Shown here in pieces: positions 39,802 to 50,400 of a stretch of DNA of 64,000 nt. The stretch's first letter is position 1. Each line of letters opens with the position of its first letter. Origin of the DNA: an uncultured Acidobacteriota bacterium (GTDB lineage: Bacteria; Acidobacteriota; Thermoanaerobaculia; Multivoradales; UBA5704). Where the stretch lies: the NCBI GenBank assembly GCA_963770895.1, contig CAVYRF010000002.1, positions 3,616,001-3,680,000 on the forward strand, given 5' to 3'. The notes beneath the pieces are model-generated. The model saw nothing but the letters and a program-made list of their open reading frames with translations, was not told the DNA's origin and ran no database searches. The translations under genes were made by a program, and so were the position numbers.

Positions 39802-40638
39802 TCAGGGGGCGAGCGAGAGGTGACCGGCACGGCGGGCGTCGGGGTCGGTGCCGTGGCCTTCGTAGAGCGCCAGGACCTCGCTGGTTTCGCCGTCGGCGAT
39901 CAGGCGGCCGGCGTCGATCCAGATGGAGCGCGTGCAGTTGTGGCGGATGGCCGCGGCGTTGTGGGAGACCATGAGGACGGTGGTGCCGGCGTCGTGGAAG
40001 CGGCGCAGGCGCTCTTCGCACTTGTGGATGAACGAGGAGTCGCCGACCGCCAGCACTTCGTCGAGGATCATGATGTCGGGCACCCAGGCGGTGGCGATCG
40101 AAAAGCCCAGGCGCGCCAGCATGCCGCTCGAGTAGTTGCGAATCGGGGCGCGCACGAAGTCGCCCAGGCCGCTGAACTCGACGATGCCGTCGATCACTTC
40201 CGCGATCTCGCGCCGCGTGCGCCCCAGCAGCATGGCGTTCAAGTAGATGTTTTCGAAGCCGGTCAGCTCGCGGTCGAAGCCGGTGCCAAGCTCAAGGATG
40301 GGGGAGAGGCTGCCGCGCATCCTGGCGGTGCCGGTGGTCGGCTTGAGCACCTTCGAGATCACCTTGAGCAGCGTGCTCTTGCCGGCGCCGTTGCGGCCCA
40401 CGATGCCCACCGTTTCACCGCTTTTGATCGTAAGGTCGATGTCGCGCAGCGCCCACAGCTGTTCGTACGACAGCGCCCCCTTCATGAAGTGGATGGCGAA
40501 TTCCTTGAACGAGCGGATGCGCTGCTTGGCCAGGCGGTAGCAGAGCGAAACCCCGGCAAGCTCGATGCGCGCTTCGTCCGCGCCGGCGGCGGGTGCCGCC
40601 GCTTCGGAGCGGGGCGGCGCTGTCAGGGTGGCGGCCAT
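39802..40638 (-). CDS. wzt: Polysaccharide ABC transporter ATP-binding subunit (Wzt/TagH-like)
   Basis: GIVGRNGAGKSTLL, ELTGFENIYLN, YSSGMLARLGFS, ILDEVLAVGD. Confidence 0.88.
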   Translation of the reverse strand: MAATLTAPPRSEAAAPAAGADEARIELAGVSLCYRLAKQRIRSFKEFAIHFMKGALSYEQLWALRDIDLTIKSGETVGIVGRNGAGKSTLLKVISKVLKPTTGTARMRGSLSPILELGTGFDRELTGFENIYLNAMLLGRTRREIAEVIDGIVEFSGLGDFVRAPIRNYSSGMLARLGFSIATAWVPDIMILDEVLAVGDSSFIHKCEERLRRFHDAGTTVLMVSHNAAAIRHNCTRSIWIDAGRLIADGETSEVLALYEGHGTDPDARRAGHLSLAP

Positions 40639-40700
40639 GGGAGGGAGGAGAGGATACCGCGTCCGGCGCCGGTCTGCGGCGCCGGACGGCGGCAAGGCGG

Positions 40701-42539
40701 CTATTTGCGGCGCTGATTGCTCGACTTGAAGAAGTCGCCCAGAGCCCCGAAGCTGGACGGCGGCTGTGCGCTGGGGGTGCCGGCTTCGCGCTCACCACGG
40801 TCACCGCGGTCGCGATCCCGGTCCCGGTCGCGATCCCGGTCGCGATCCCGATCCCGGTCCCGGTCACGCTCGCGTCCCCCCTCGCGCTCGCGCGCCGGGG
40901 CCTCGGAGGCGCTGGTGCCGCCGCCGCCGCTGCCGCGCTCGTCGCTGAGCGCCAGGGAGAGCGAGATGCGGCGCTTGACCGGATCGACGCTGAGCACCCG
41001 GACGCTCACGTCCTGGCCGATCTGCACCGCTTCCTTGGCATGGTTGAGGCGCCGCCCGGCGCCCAGCTCGCTGATGTGCGCCAGCCCTTCCAGGCCGGGG
41101 GCGACTTCGATGAAGGCGCCGAAGGATTCGAGCCGCATGACCCTGCCCGGCACGATCGCGCCGTCGGTGAAACGCTGCGCCGCGTCGCGCCAGGGGTCGC
41201 GTTCCAGGGCGCGCCGCGACAGCGAGATGCGCTCGGGGCGCTTTTCGTCCTTGCCCTTTTCGATCTTGATGACCTGGACTTCGATCTCCTGGCCCACCGT
41301 CAGCGCCTCGCGCGGATCGGCGAGGCGGGAGTAGCCGATCTCGCTGACGTGCAGCAGCCCTTCCAGGCCGCCGAGGTCGATGAAGGCGCCATACGTCGTG
41401 AGGGAGGTGACGCGCCCCTTGAGCACGGCGCCGATCTGCAGGCGGGCGCGCAGCTCGGCGGCCTTGGTCTGCGCTTCCTCCTCGAGCAGGGCGCGGCGGG
41501 ACAGCACGATGTCGGGGCGGCGGTTGCGGCCGCCTTCTTCGATGCGCGACACCTTGAACTTGAGCTTCTGGCCGATGAACTGCTGCGGGTTTTCGACGTA
41601 GCGCAGATCGAGCTGGGACAGCGGGCAGAACGCGCGCATGCCGTAGACCTGCAGTTCTGCGCCCCCTTTGTTGATGCCGGTGACCAGGCCCTCCACCGGC
41701 ATGCCATACTGGAACGCTTGGCGCAGCTCGGTGGCGACCTCCTGCTGGCCGCCGCGTCCCGAGGCCTTTTTGCGCAGCACGATGACGCCGCTCTCAGGGT
41801 CGATGGCGGTGACCACCGCGTCGATCTGGTCGCCCACGTTGACCGTCAGGTTCCCTTCGGCGTCGCGCAGCTGCGCGGCTTCGATCATCCCTTCGGACTT
41901 GGTCCCCAGGTCCACGAACACCTGGTCGTCGGTGATCGAGAGCACCTTGCCGCTCACCTTGCGGCCGACGCTGGGCGTGCCGGCGCCCGCCGGTGCCGCC
42001 CCCGCTGCCGGCGCCGCGCCGCCGCCACCGGCGGCTGCCGCATCGCCGCCCGCGGCGCCCTGCTTCTTTTCGAACTCGGCGAGGATCTCGGCGAAGCCGC
42101 GCGCATCGGCTTCCGACACGCCCGCCACCCCCGCGTCCGCCGTGCTGCCGGCCGGTGATCCGGCCGCGGTGGGCGAGGTGGGCGCCGCGGGCTCGGCAGG
42201 CTTTGCCGATGCCGCCGCATCCGCAGACGCCGCCGGCGGCTCGGCTGCCGGCGCCGGCTCTGACTGAGCCGCCGCCGCGGACGGTGATGCCGCGGGCGCC
42301 GTGGCCGTGGGCGCCTGCTCAGGCGCGGATGCCGCGGCCGGTGCGCCGGCGGCGTCGCTCTGCCCGCCCTCTGCTTGCCACTGCGACTCTGCCGCCTGCG
42401 ATTCGCCTGCCGTGTCGGACTGCCCCGGCGCCGCGTTGGGGTCCTGGGGAGGCGGCGCTGCCTCGAGCTCGGTGGTCTGTGGGGATGCGTCGTTCTGGCG
42501 CTCGGGCTCGTGCGCGGGGGGAGTTTGGGGCTGTTCCAT
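40701..42539 (-). CDS. S1 RNA-binding protein (RpsA-like paralog, 4 S1 domains)
   Basis: Four S1 repeats (VFVDLG, RAFCPLSQ, YGAFIDLGGLEGLLHVSE, FGAFIEVAPGLEGLAHISE); long Ala/Pro N-terminus; RD tail. Confidence 0.85.
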   Translation of the reverse strand: MEQPQTPPAHEPERQNDASPQTTELEAAPPPQDPNAAPGQSDTAGESQAAESQWQAEGGQSDAAGAPAAASAPEQAPTATAPAASPSAAAAQSEPAPAAEPPAASADAAASAKPAEPAAPTSPTAAGSPAGSTADAGVAGVSEADARGFAEILAEFEKKQGAAGGDAAAAGGGGAAPAAGAAPAGAGTPSVGRKVSGKVLSITDDQVFVDLGTKSEGMIEAAQLRDAEGNLTVNVGDQIDAVVTAIDPESGVIVLRKKASGRGGQQEVATELRQAFQYGMPVEGLVTGINKGGAELQVYGMRAFCPLSQLDLRYVENPQQFIGQKLKFKVSRIEEGGRNRRPDIVLSRRALLEEEAQTKAAELRARLQIGAVLKGRVTSLTTYGAFIDLGGLEGLLHVSEIGYSRLADPREALTVGQEIEVQVIKIEKGKDEKRPERISLSRRALERDPWRDAAQRFTDGAIVPGRVMRLESFGAFIEVAPGLEGLAHISELGAGRRLNHAKEAVQIGQDVSVRVLSVDPVKRRISLSLALSDERGSGGGGTSASEAPAREREGGRERDRDRDRDRDRDRDRDRDRDRGDRGEREAGTPSAQPPSSFGALGDFFKSSNQRRK

Positions 42540-42938
42540 GATCGATCTCGCTTTCGGTTCGGGGGGGCTGATTCGACGCCTCAGCTTAGTGGAAACGATC
42601 GGGGCTGGCGATTCGTTCCATGGCGGCCGCTCCGAGGTCAAGGACTCGGCCGCTCCGGGTCGAGCGAAACTATCACGCCGCACGCCGCGATGCGCCCCCG
42701 CCGGCAAAAAAACCGCCGGCGGCGGCGTCACAAAATCGCCGCCTGCACACCGTCATGAGAGCGCCGACGGGCGCCGACGGGCGCCGACGGGCGCAGGCCG
42801 GCGCGGGTCGGCGTGGGCAGGCGTGGGCAGGCGTGGCCGCGGCCCTCGCCAATCGCCAGGCGCGGCGATAGGATGCAAGGCTGCCCGTTGCACCGCCGTA
42901 CACCACCTGACACCAGCCCCGCGAGGACCTGACCGCGT

Positions 42939-45900
42939 ATGCCCGAACAGCGATCGCAGCCACGCCCGTCCCACGCCCAGGCAGCACCGGCGGCTGCCGC
43001 AGCGGCCTGCCGCACGGATCGTTGGATGCATTGTTTGCCCACAACCGATCTTGCCCAGCGTACCGCCCTTGCTTCGCGGAACCCGTCGAACCTGCTTGCT
43101 GCTGGCAACGGCGCGAGGTCCGGGCTCCGTCGCGATCCGGCGCCAGGCACCGGACAGCCGAAGTCCGCGAGGGGACCGGGAGTTGCCGTGTGCGCGGTGG
43201 CGTTGGCGACGCTCGGGTTGCTGGTCACCAGCACGGCCGGGCATGCCGCGGCTCCGCCAGCCACGGCGCCCGTTGCGTCTGCGTCCGGCGCCGTGCCGGT
43301 TGCATCGTCGCCTGCGGCCGCGCCCGCCCAGGGGACGCCTGCCGGTGCGAGCGCTGCCGCGTCGCCGGGGCCGCGCCCGGCTGGGACCTCTGGGATCGCC
43401 GGGACCGCTGGGATCGATCCGCGGGAAGAGCATTTTGCCGATCTGCGGATGCTCACCCACGGCGGGCAGAACGCCGAGGCGTACTGGTCGCCGGATTCGC
43501 GGCAGCTGATCTTTCAGTCGACGCGGCCGCCCTTTGCCTGTGACCAGATCTTTCGCATGCCGGCGGACGGCAGCGGCGCGCCTTCGCTGGTGTCGACCGG
43601 CAAGGGGCGCACCACGTGCTCGTACTTCATGCCGGACGGCCAGCGGGTGCTGTTCTCGTCGACGCATGCGGCCGGGGATGCCTGCCCGCCGCCGGCCGAC
43701 CGCTCGCAGGGATACGTGTGGGCGGTGTATCCGACCTACGACATCTGGACGGCGCGGCCTGACGGTTCCGATCTGCGGCGTTTGACCGACAACCATTTCT
43801 ACGATGCCGAGACGACGGTGTGTCCGCTGGACGGCTCGATGATCTTCACCTCGGACCGCGACGGCGACCTGGAGCTCTACCGGATGGATGCCGACGGCGG
43901 CAACGTGCGGCGGCTGACCTCGGCGCCGGGCTACGACGGCGGCGCCTACTTCTCGCCCGACTGCAAGATGATCGTCTGGCGCGCCTCGCGGCCGCAGGGC
44001 GCCGAGCTGGAAGACTACCGGCGCCTGCTGGCGCAAGGGCTGGTGCGGCCGGGCAAGCTGGAGATCTGGGTGGCCAACGCCGATGGCAGCGAAGCACGCC
44101 AGCTGACCTACCTGGATGCCGCCTCGTTCGCTCCCTCGTTCTTCCCCTCGGGCAAGCGGGTGATCTTCTCGTCGAACTACGGTGACCCCCAGGGGCGGGA
44201 ATTCGAGCTGTGGGCCGTCAACCTGGACGGCAGCGGCCTTGAGCGCATCACCTATTCGCCGGGTTTCGACGGCTTTCCGATGTTCTCCCCGGACGGCACC
44301 CGCCTGGCCTTCGCCTCCAACCGCGGCAACACCCAGCCGCACGAAACCAACGTCTTTGTCGCCACCTGGCGCGACCAGCCCGCGCCGCCCGCCGCAGCCG
44401 CCGCAGGTGTGGCGCCGCCCGCCGCGTCCGCCGCAGGTGTGGCGCCGGCCGGCGTCGCCGCCAGCGCCGCGGCGAGTGAAGGCATGGGCACGGCCCCCGC
44501 CGCATCGTCTGGAAGCGCCGCCGAGACCGCTCCGCCTCCCGCTTCGCCTGGAGGCGTGGCGACGACTGCTCCGCCCGCTGCATTGCCAGCAGGCGCTGCC
44601 ACAGTGGTTTCGCCTCCCGCGCTGGCAGGAAGCGCTACTGCGACCGCTTCGCCTGCCGCGGGGCAGGGTGTGATCAGCGTGGGGCTGCCGGCGGATGTGC
44701 TGACGGCCGACCGCTTTCGCGACGAGGTGCGCTGGCTGGCCGATCCCGCCCGCGCCGGCCGGGGCATTGGCAGCGCCGGCCTGGACGCGGCGGCACATTG
44801 GCTGGCGGACCGCTTCCGCGATCTCGGGGCCGCACCGGCGGGCGGCAGCGGCAGCTACTTCCAGCCTTTCGACGTGCCGGTGGCGATCGAGGTGGGCGGC
44901 GTGACGGCGGTCAGCCTGGACGGCGAGCGGCTGGCGCGCGCCAGCTTCCAGCCGGCGGGCTTCTCCGCTTCTGCCGCGGCGGGCTCGCCGGCGTCCGGTC
45001 GTCAGGATGCGGCGACGTCAAGGGACTCTGGCGTCGCGGTGGCTGGCGGTCAGACGGCAGCGATGCCAGGCGGTTCGGGCGCCGTGGCGTCGACCGGTCT
45101 GGATGCAGCGACGGCAGGCGGTCCGCGTGGTGTGGTGGCTGGCCGTCAGGATGGAGCGGCGTCAAGCGGCTCGGGCGGCGGGGCGGCTGCCGGCGAATTA
45201 GCTGTGGTGGCCGCCGGCTACGGCATCGTGGCTCCCGCCCTGGGAGTGGACGACTACCGCGGCGTTGCGGCGCGCGGCAAGGTCGTGGTGGTGCGCCGGT
45301 TCACGCCGGCCAGCGGGCCGCTTGCCGCGCCCGACGCCGCGCGGCGGTTCGGCGACCTGCGGTACAAGGCGCACGTCGCCCGCGAGCACGGCGCGCTTGG
45401 GCTGATCGTCGTGGACCTTCCGGACGACACGGCCGCGGCTGCGATCGCTCCCGCCGGCGCTGGCGGCGGTGCGCAGCCGGCCGTGGTTGCGAGGGGTGCC
45501 AACACCGCCACTCAGGGTGGCGCCGCTGCGGGTCGGGAGCCGGTCAAAGCCGCGGCCGGCGACAACCCAAGGGCTGCCGGCGCCGCCGCTTCTGATGCGT
45601 CGCCGGCCGCGGCCCGCATGCCGGAGGATGCGCCGTTGCCGGCGCCGGAGGTGGATGCGGCGGTGGGGGCGGGGGATGCCGGAATTCCGGTGGTGCTGGT
45701 GACGCGGGCTGCGGGCGCCGCGCTGTTCGATGGGCGGCCGCATCGGGCGGCGCTGGCGGTGGCGCTGACGCGGCGCACGCAGCCGGCGGTCAACGTGGTT
45801 GCGGTGCTGCGCGCCGCGGCGGCGGATCGGCTGCCGGGGGCGGTGGTGGTCGGCGCGCACTACGACCACCTGGGGCTGGGCGGCCATGGGTCGCTGGCGC

Positions 45901-46769
45901 CGGGCTCGCAGGCGGCCCACCTGGGGGCGGATGACAACGCTTCGGGGACGGCGGCGCTGCTGGAGGTGGCGCGCAGTCTGGCGGCCCAGCGCGGGCGGCT
46001 GCGGCGCGACGTCTACCTGGTGGCGTTTTCGGGTGAGGAAGAGGGCGTACTGGGCTCGACCGCCTTCACCCGCCAGCCGCCGGACGGCCTGCACATGGCG
46101 GACGTCGTTGCCATGCTCAACATGGACATGGTGGGCCGCCTGCGCGGCAACCAGCTGACGGTCCTGGGTGGCGACACCGCGGCGGAATGGCGGCAGCTGG
46201 TGCCGGCGGCCTGCGCCCGCGAGAGGGTCGGCTGCAGCCTGGGCGGCGACGGCTACGGCCCGTCGGACCACAGCCCGTTCTATGCCGCGGGTGTCCCGGT
46301 GCTGCACTTCTTCACCGGCACCCACGACGACTACCACAAGCCCAGCGATACCGCCGACAAGATCAACGCCATCGGCGGCGCCCACGTCGCGCTGCTGGTC
46401 GCCGACGTGGCCAGCCAGGTGGCGGCCGCGCCGGCGCGCCTCAGCTACCAAGCCGTGCCAGCGCCGGCCCCCGAAGGCGACGTGCGCTCCTACGGCGCCT
46501 CGCTCGGCACCGTGCCCGACTACGCCGGCGACGGCAGGCCCGGCGTCCTGCTCGGCGGCGTGCGGCCGCAGGGCCCGGCCGACAAGGCGGGCATGCGGCG
46601 CGGCGACCTGCTGGTCGAGCTGGCCGGCACGCCGGTGCGCGACATCTACGATTTCATGTACGTGTTGCAGCGGATGAAACCGGGCGAAACCGCCAAGGCG
46701 GTGATCGACCGCGCCGGGCAACGCATCCAGCTCGACGTCACCTTCGGCGCCAGCCAGCGTCAACGCTGA
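42939..46769 (+). CDS. PD40/TolB propeller-PA-M28 peptidase-PDZ fusion
   Basis: NAEAYWSPD and FSPDG repeats; PA (DDYRGVAARGKVVVV); GAHYDHLG, GADDNASG, FSGEEEG, NMDMVGR, YHKPSD; PDZ LGTVPDY; start uncertain. Confidence 0.88.
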   Translation: MPEQRSQPRPSHAQAAPAAAAAACRTDRWMHCLPTTDLAQRTALASRNPSNLLAAGNGARSGLRRDPAPGTGQPKSARGPGVAVCAVALATLGLLVTSTAGHAAAPPATAPVASASGAVPVASSPAAAPAQGTPAGASAAASPGPRPAGTSGIAGTAGIDPREEHFADLRMLTHGGQNAEAYWSPDSRQLIFQSTRPPFACDQIFRMPADGSGAPSLVSTGKGRTTCSYFMPDGQRVLFSSTHAAGDACPPPADRSQGYVWAVYPTYDIWTARPDGSDLRRLTDNHFYDAETTVCPLDGSMIFTSDRDGDLELYRMDADGGNVRRLTSAPGYDGGAYFSPDCKMIVWRASRPQGAELEDYRRLLAQGLVRPGKLEIWVANADGSEARQLTYLDAASFAPSFFPSGKRVIFSSNYGDPQGREFELWAVNLDGSGLERITYSPGFDGFPMFSPDGTRLAFASNRGNTQPHETNVFVATWRDQPAPPAAAAAGVAPPAASAAGVAPAGVAASAAASEGMGTAPAASSGSAAETAPPPASPGGVATTAPPAALPAGAATVVSPPALAGSATATASPAAGQGVISVGLPADVLTADRFRDEVRWLADPARAGRGIGSAGLDAAAHWLADRFRDLGAAPAGGSGSYFQPFDVPVAIEVGGVTAVSLDGERLARASFQPAGFSASAAAGSPASGRQDAATSRDSGVAVAGGQTAAMPGGSGAVASTGLDAATAGGPRGVVAGRQDGAASSGSGGGAAAGELAVVAAGYGIVAPALGVDDYRGVAARGKVVVVRRFTPASGPLAAPDAARRFGDLRYKAHVAREHGALGLIVVDLPDDTAAAAIAPAGAGGGAQPAVVARGANTATQGGAAAGREPVKAAAGDNPRAAGAAASDASPAAARMPEDAPLPAPEVDAAVGAGDAGIPVVLVTRAAGAALFDGRPHRAALAVALTRRTQPAVNVVAVLRAAAADRLPGAVVVGAHYDHLGLGGHGSLAPGSQAAHLGADDNASGTAALLEVARSLAAQRGRLRRDVYLVAFSGEEEGVLGSTAFTRQPPDGLHMADVVAMLNMDMVGRLRGNQLTVLGGDTAAEWRQLVPAACARERVGCSLGGDGYGPSDHSPFYAAGVPVLHFFTGTHDDYHKPSDTADKINAIGGAHVALLVADVASQVAAAPARLSYQAVPAPAPEGDVRSYGASLGTVPDYAGDGRPGVLLGGVRPQGPADKAGMRRGDLLVELAGTPVRDIYDFMYVLQRMKPGETAKAVIDRAGQRIQLDVTFGASQRQR

Positions 46770-46871
46770 CCTGGCCGGCGATTGAGGCCCCGGGTGGCGT
46801 TCTGCCGGGAGATTCGGTGGATGAAGGTGTGTGGGGCCATTGTACGCGTCCACCGTGAGCGCCGGCGGGCG

Positions 46872-47169
46872 CTAGCGGCGCCTGGGCCAGCGCTGCGGCT
46901 TGCGCGACAGGTGCATCACTGCGAGGACCCTGATCCTCTCGGAGGCGAAAGAAAACTCCGAACGGAAACCGTTTCAGCAGCGCCCGGCGAATGTCACGGT
47001 GGACCTGTGGGTATTGACGTGGCCCGGAAGCCACGTCCTTCAAGGTCTGCTCGACGAGATCGAGAAACGCGCGGCCGAGTCCCTGCGATCGATTCTCGTA
47101 CCACTCCGCAGCCTCCAACGCTTCCATCTCGGCCTCCCAGGCGACCGAGAGAGGCAGGGTAGGCTTCAT
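46872..47169 (-). pseudogene. RelE/ParE family toxin, frameshifted
   Basis: AAEWYENRSQGLGRAF...RRALLKRFPFGVFF; the canonical end IRVLAVMHLSRKPQRWPRRR* is in another frame after ~46930. Confidence 0.75.
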
Positions 47170-47390
47170 AGCTTGGCAAGGATTCTCTGCTTGACTTCTT
47201 CCCAAGGCGAGCCGGATTCTGGCGCCGCTTCGTCGGCGGCCAGGCGCTCGTCAAGGATCTCGCGCTGCCAGGCCGGAAGTTCGAGCTGCAATGGCTCCAG
47301 TTCAAGGCTCTCCCAGAGAGCTTCGGCCAGCTCCAGGCGATCCTCGACCGGTAGTTGAAGGGCCTCCGACCTGAGCTCCGTCTTGGTCAT
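47166..47390 (-). CDS. Addiction module antitoxin (TIGR02574-type)
   Basis: ALQLPVEDRLELAEALWESL, WQREILDERL, PWEEVKQRI; ATGA overlap with toxin; TATGCT 7 nt upstream (leaderless). Confidence 0.88.
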   Translation of the reverse strand: MTKTELRSEALQLPVEDRLELAEALWESLELEPLQLELPAWQREILDERLAADEAAPESGSPWEEVKQRILAKL

Positions 47391-47472
47391 GGGGCCTAGC
47401 ATAAGCCCGGCTATGCGGAGCGCCCCGGTCACCTACGCAGGACGCTCTGAGCTCCGGTGAGGCCGGTGATGT

Positions 47473-50400
47473 TCAGGCAGATGCATTTCCGATCAGGGCC
47501 GCCGCCTGGCGCGTGTATGGGTGCTCCACTCCCAGGTGGGCCAGGAACACGGCGTGCGCATGCTCCCAGAGCGATCTCGCCGCCCGCGTCTCTCCCTGCT
47601 TCAGGAAGAGAGCTGCCAGATTCATCTCGGTGATTGCCGTCGAATAATGCTCTCGAGTGCCGAACACCTGGACCTCGATCTCAAGCACCCGTTCGAGGTG
47701 GCGCCGCGCCCCCGCCAGATCGCCCTGGGCCTGAAGCACGCCGGCCAGCTCGTGCAGCGAGGCAGCCACGGAAGGGTGCAGCTCGGTGCCCAACACCTGG
47801 GCATCGATTTCGAGCGCGCGTTCGAGGTGGCGCCGCGCCCCCGCCAGATCGCCCTGGGCCTGGAGCACGCCGGCCAGCGCGTGCAGCGAGGCGGACACGG
47901 AGGGGTGCAGCTCGGTGCCCAGCACCTGGGCTTTGATTTCGAGCGCGCGTTCGAGGTGGCGCCGCGCCCCCGCCAGATCGCCCTGGGCCTGAAGCACGCC
48001 GGCCAGCTCGTGCAGCGAGGCAGCCACGGAAGGGTGCAGCTCGGTGCCCAACACCTGGGCTTTGATTTCGAGCGCGCGTTCGAGGTGGCGCCGCGCCCCC
48101 GCCAGATCGCCCTGGGCCTGGAGCACGCCGGCCAGCGCGTGCAGCGAGGCAGCCACGGAAGGGTGCAGCTCGGTGCCCAACACCTGGGCATCGATTTCGA
48201 GCGCGCGTTCGAGGTGGCGCCGCGCCCCCGCCAGATCGCCCTGGGCCTTGAGCACGCCGGCCAGCGCGTGCAGCGAGGCGGCCACGGAGGGGTGCAGCTC
48301 GGTGCCCAGCACCTGGGCATCGATTTCGAGCGCGCGTTCGAGGTGGCGGCGCGCCCCCGCCAGGTCGCCCTGGTCCTGGAGCACACCGGCGAGCGTGTGC
48401 AGCGAGGTGGACACGTCGCGATGCATCTCGCCCTTCTGGGCAGTCTCGACCTGTAGGGATCGCTGGAGATAGTCCGCCGCGCTGCGTAGCTGACCTTTGT
48501 GTAGTGCCAACTTCCCGAGCTCGGCGAGAACAGACGACCGATCTTCGGGCTCGACCAGCTCGAGTGCCCGGAGAAGCTGCTGCTCAGCATCCACGGTACT
48601 GGTTCCGGCAAGTCTGCCCAGCTGCGCCTGGAATGTACGTGCGACGCCCAGGTGCGCACCGCTCGGTGCCGCGGCCAATACCAGCTCCACCCATCCCAGG
48701 GCCTCCCGATAGCGACCTTTCTCGCGGAGATGGATGGCGACGAGCCTGGCGGTCGGCCACGCCGCGTCACCGTCCCCCGCAGCCGTGAGGTGCAGCACGG
48801 CTCGCTCCCCCCACAGCTGCGACCGTTCCTTTCCGTACCGCTGCTCGTACCAGCGCCCGAGCAGGCGATGCGCCTCCCGCGGCTCCCCGGTCCAGTGCTT
48901 GAGTGCCTCGTTGGATACCAGGCGGTGAGGCGCCCACCAGTCTGGTCCACCCAGGGGCGCCTGGAATGGGCTCAGCATCCCTGCTTCGACAAGCACGGCC
49001 GAGGTGCCCTCAGCCGGTTCCATGGCACGCACCGCTTCCCACGGGGCTGGGGCCGTGAGCACCGTACAGTGTCCGAGATGGTCCTGGGCATTTGGCGGCA
49101 GCGCTGCCCAGACGCTGCCGAGCAGCAGGTCTGCGCCAACCTTGTCGCGGGTTTGGGGCAGCACCGGCGCCAGGATCTCCTCGCGCCACCGGCCGGCCTG
49201 ATAGCGCCCGCCTGGCGGCACGAGCTGGCGCTCCCTCTGGTGTGCCAGCACCTCCAGGTATTCGACCGTGCGCGGATGGCCGTCAATCGTCTCTTCGGCC
49301 AGCCAGGCGCGGTCCTCTGCGGGCAGGCGGCCCAGGGTTGGCATCCAGGCCAACAGGCGCACCACCTCGAAGCGGCGCAGCGGCGCCAGGGGCAGCGCCA
49401 CCTCCGCGGCGGTTCCTTCGGGCAGGTAACGGGAGGATGCGAGCAGGCCGAGGGAACCTCGCGGCCGGGCCGCTGCCCGCAGCAGCTCCCAGAAACGCCG
49501 GAGCTCCGCGTCTCGGAAGCGGCCCAGGGCGCCGTGTTCGCTGTGTTCGCCGTGCTCGACCTCTGCGACCGGTTGCTGCAGGCTCTCGGCGTCGTCGAGG
49601 TAGACCAGGAGGCCCCCCTTGATACTCGCCAGGTCGACGACCGCTTGCGCCAGCGCTTCCCCGGTGATGCCGTGTTGTTGCAGCTCGGCCAGCCTGCGGC
49701 TCCAGGCGTCGCCGGCGTGCGCCGCCTGCACCTCCTGCCAGAGGGCGAGGATCGGGCTGGCCTGGGCGCCGGCGTGGCGCCCGTCGAAGGCCAGGACGGC
49801 GGCGCCACCGGGCGCCATGTCGCGCGCCAGGAGGGGCGCCAGCTCGGTGCACAGGGCGGTCTTGCCGAGGCCGCCAAGGCCCAGGACCACGAGCTGGCGG
49901 TCGCCCTCGCGCCGCCAGCGCCGCAGCGCTTCCGCTCGCTCCTTGCGCCGGCCGACGAAGCCGAAACGCAGGCGCTGGACGCCGCGGATGCCCTCCACCC
50001 GGTCGCTGCCGCCGCGGCGGTTCAGCTGCTCGAAGTGCCGGCGTCGATCGTCTTCGAGGTCGACGGGCGGCCCCCCGGCGGCGATCGCCAGGGCCGTCGC
50101 CGTGTCCGCGCCGCGGTGGTAGAGCGCGAGCTGCGCCCAGCCCAGGGGATAGACGTGGGTGGGCTTGCCGTGGTCGAAGTGGGGTGTGCTCGAAACGCGC
50201 CGCGCCCGCCGCAGCGCCTGGCGCGCCTTGCTGCCGCTGGCCAGGGCCGCATAGAAGGCCGCTGCCGCGCGCGTCGCCTGGTGGTCGCCCACCGGACCGA
50301 AGTACGCCACCACCTGCGGCAAGCCGGCACGGTGGAGCGATGCGGCCGTCGACGGGGCCGTCGGCTCGCTGCCGAGCGCCGCGTCGACCATCCGCTGGCC

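Noticed and set aside
46738-47205. Intact 155-aa toxin
   Set aside because: Its C-terminus is out-of-frame read-through overlapping the convergent M28 gene; the conserved end is in another frame
47638-48411. Non-coding repeat array or CRISPR
   Set aside because: The 129-bp period is in frame and encodes TPRs
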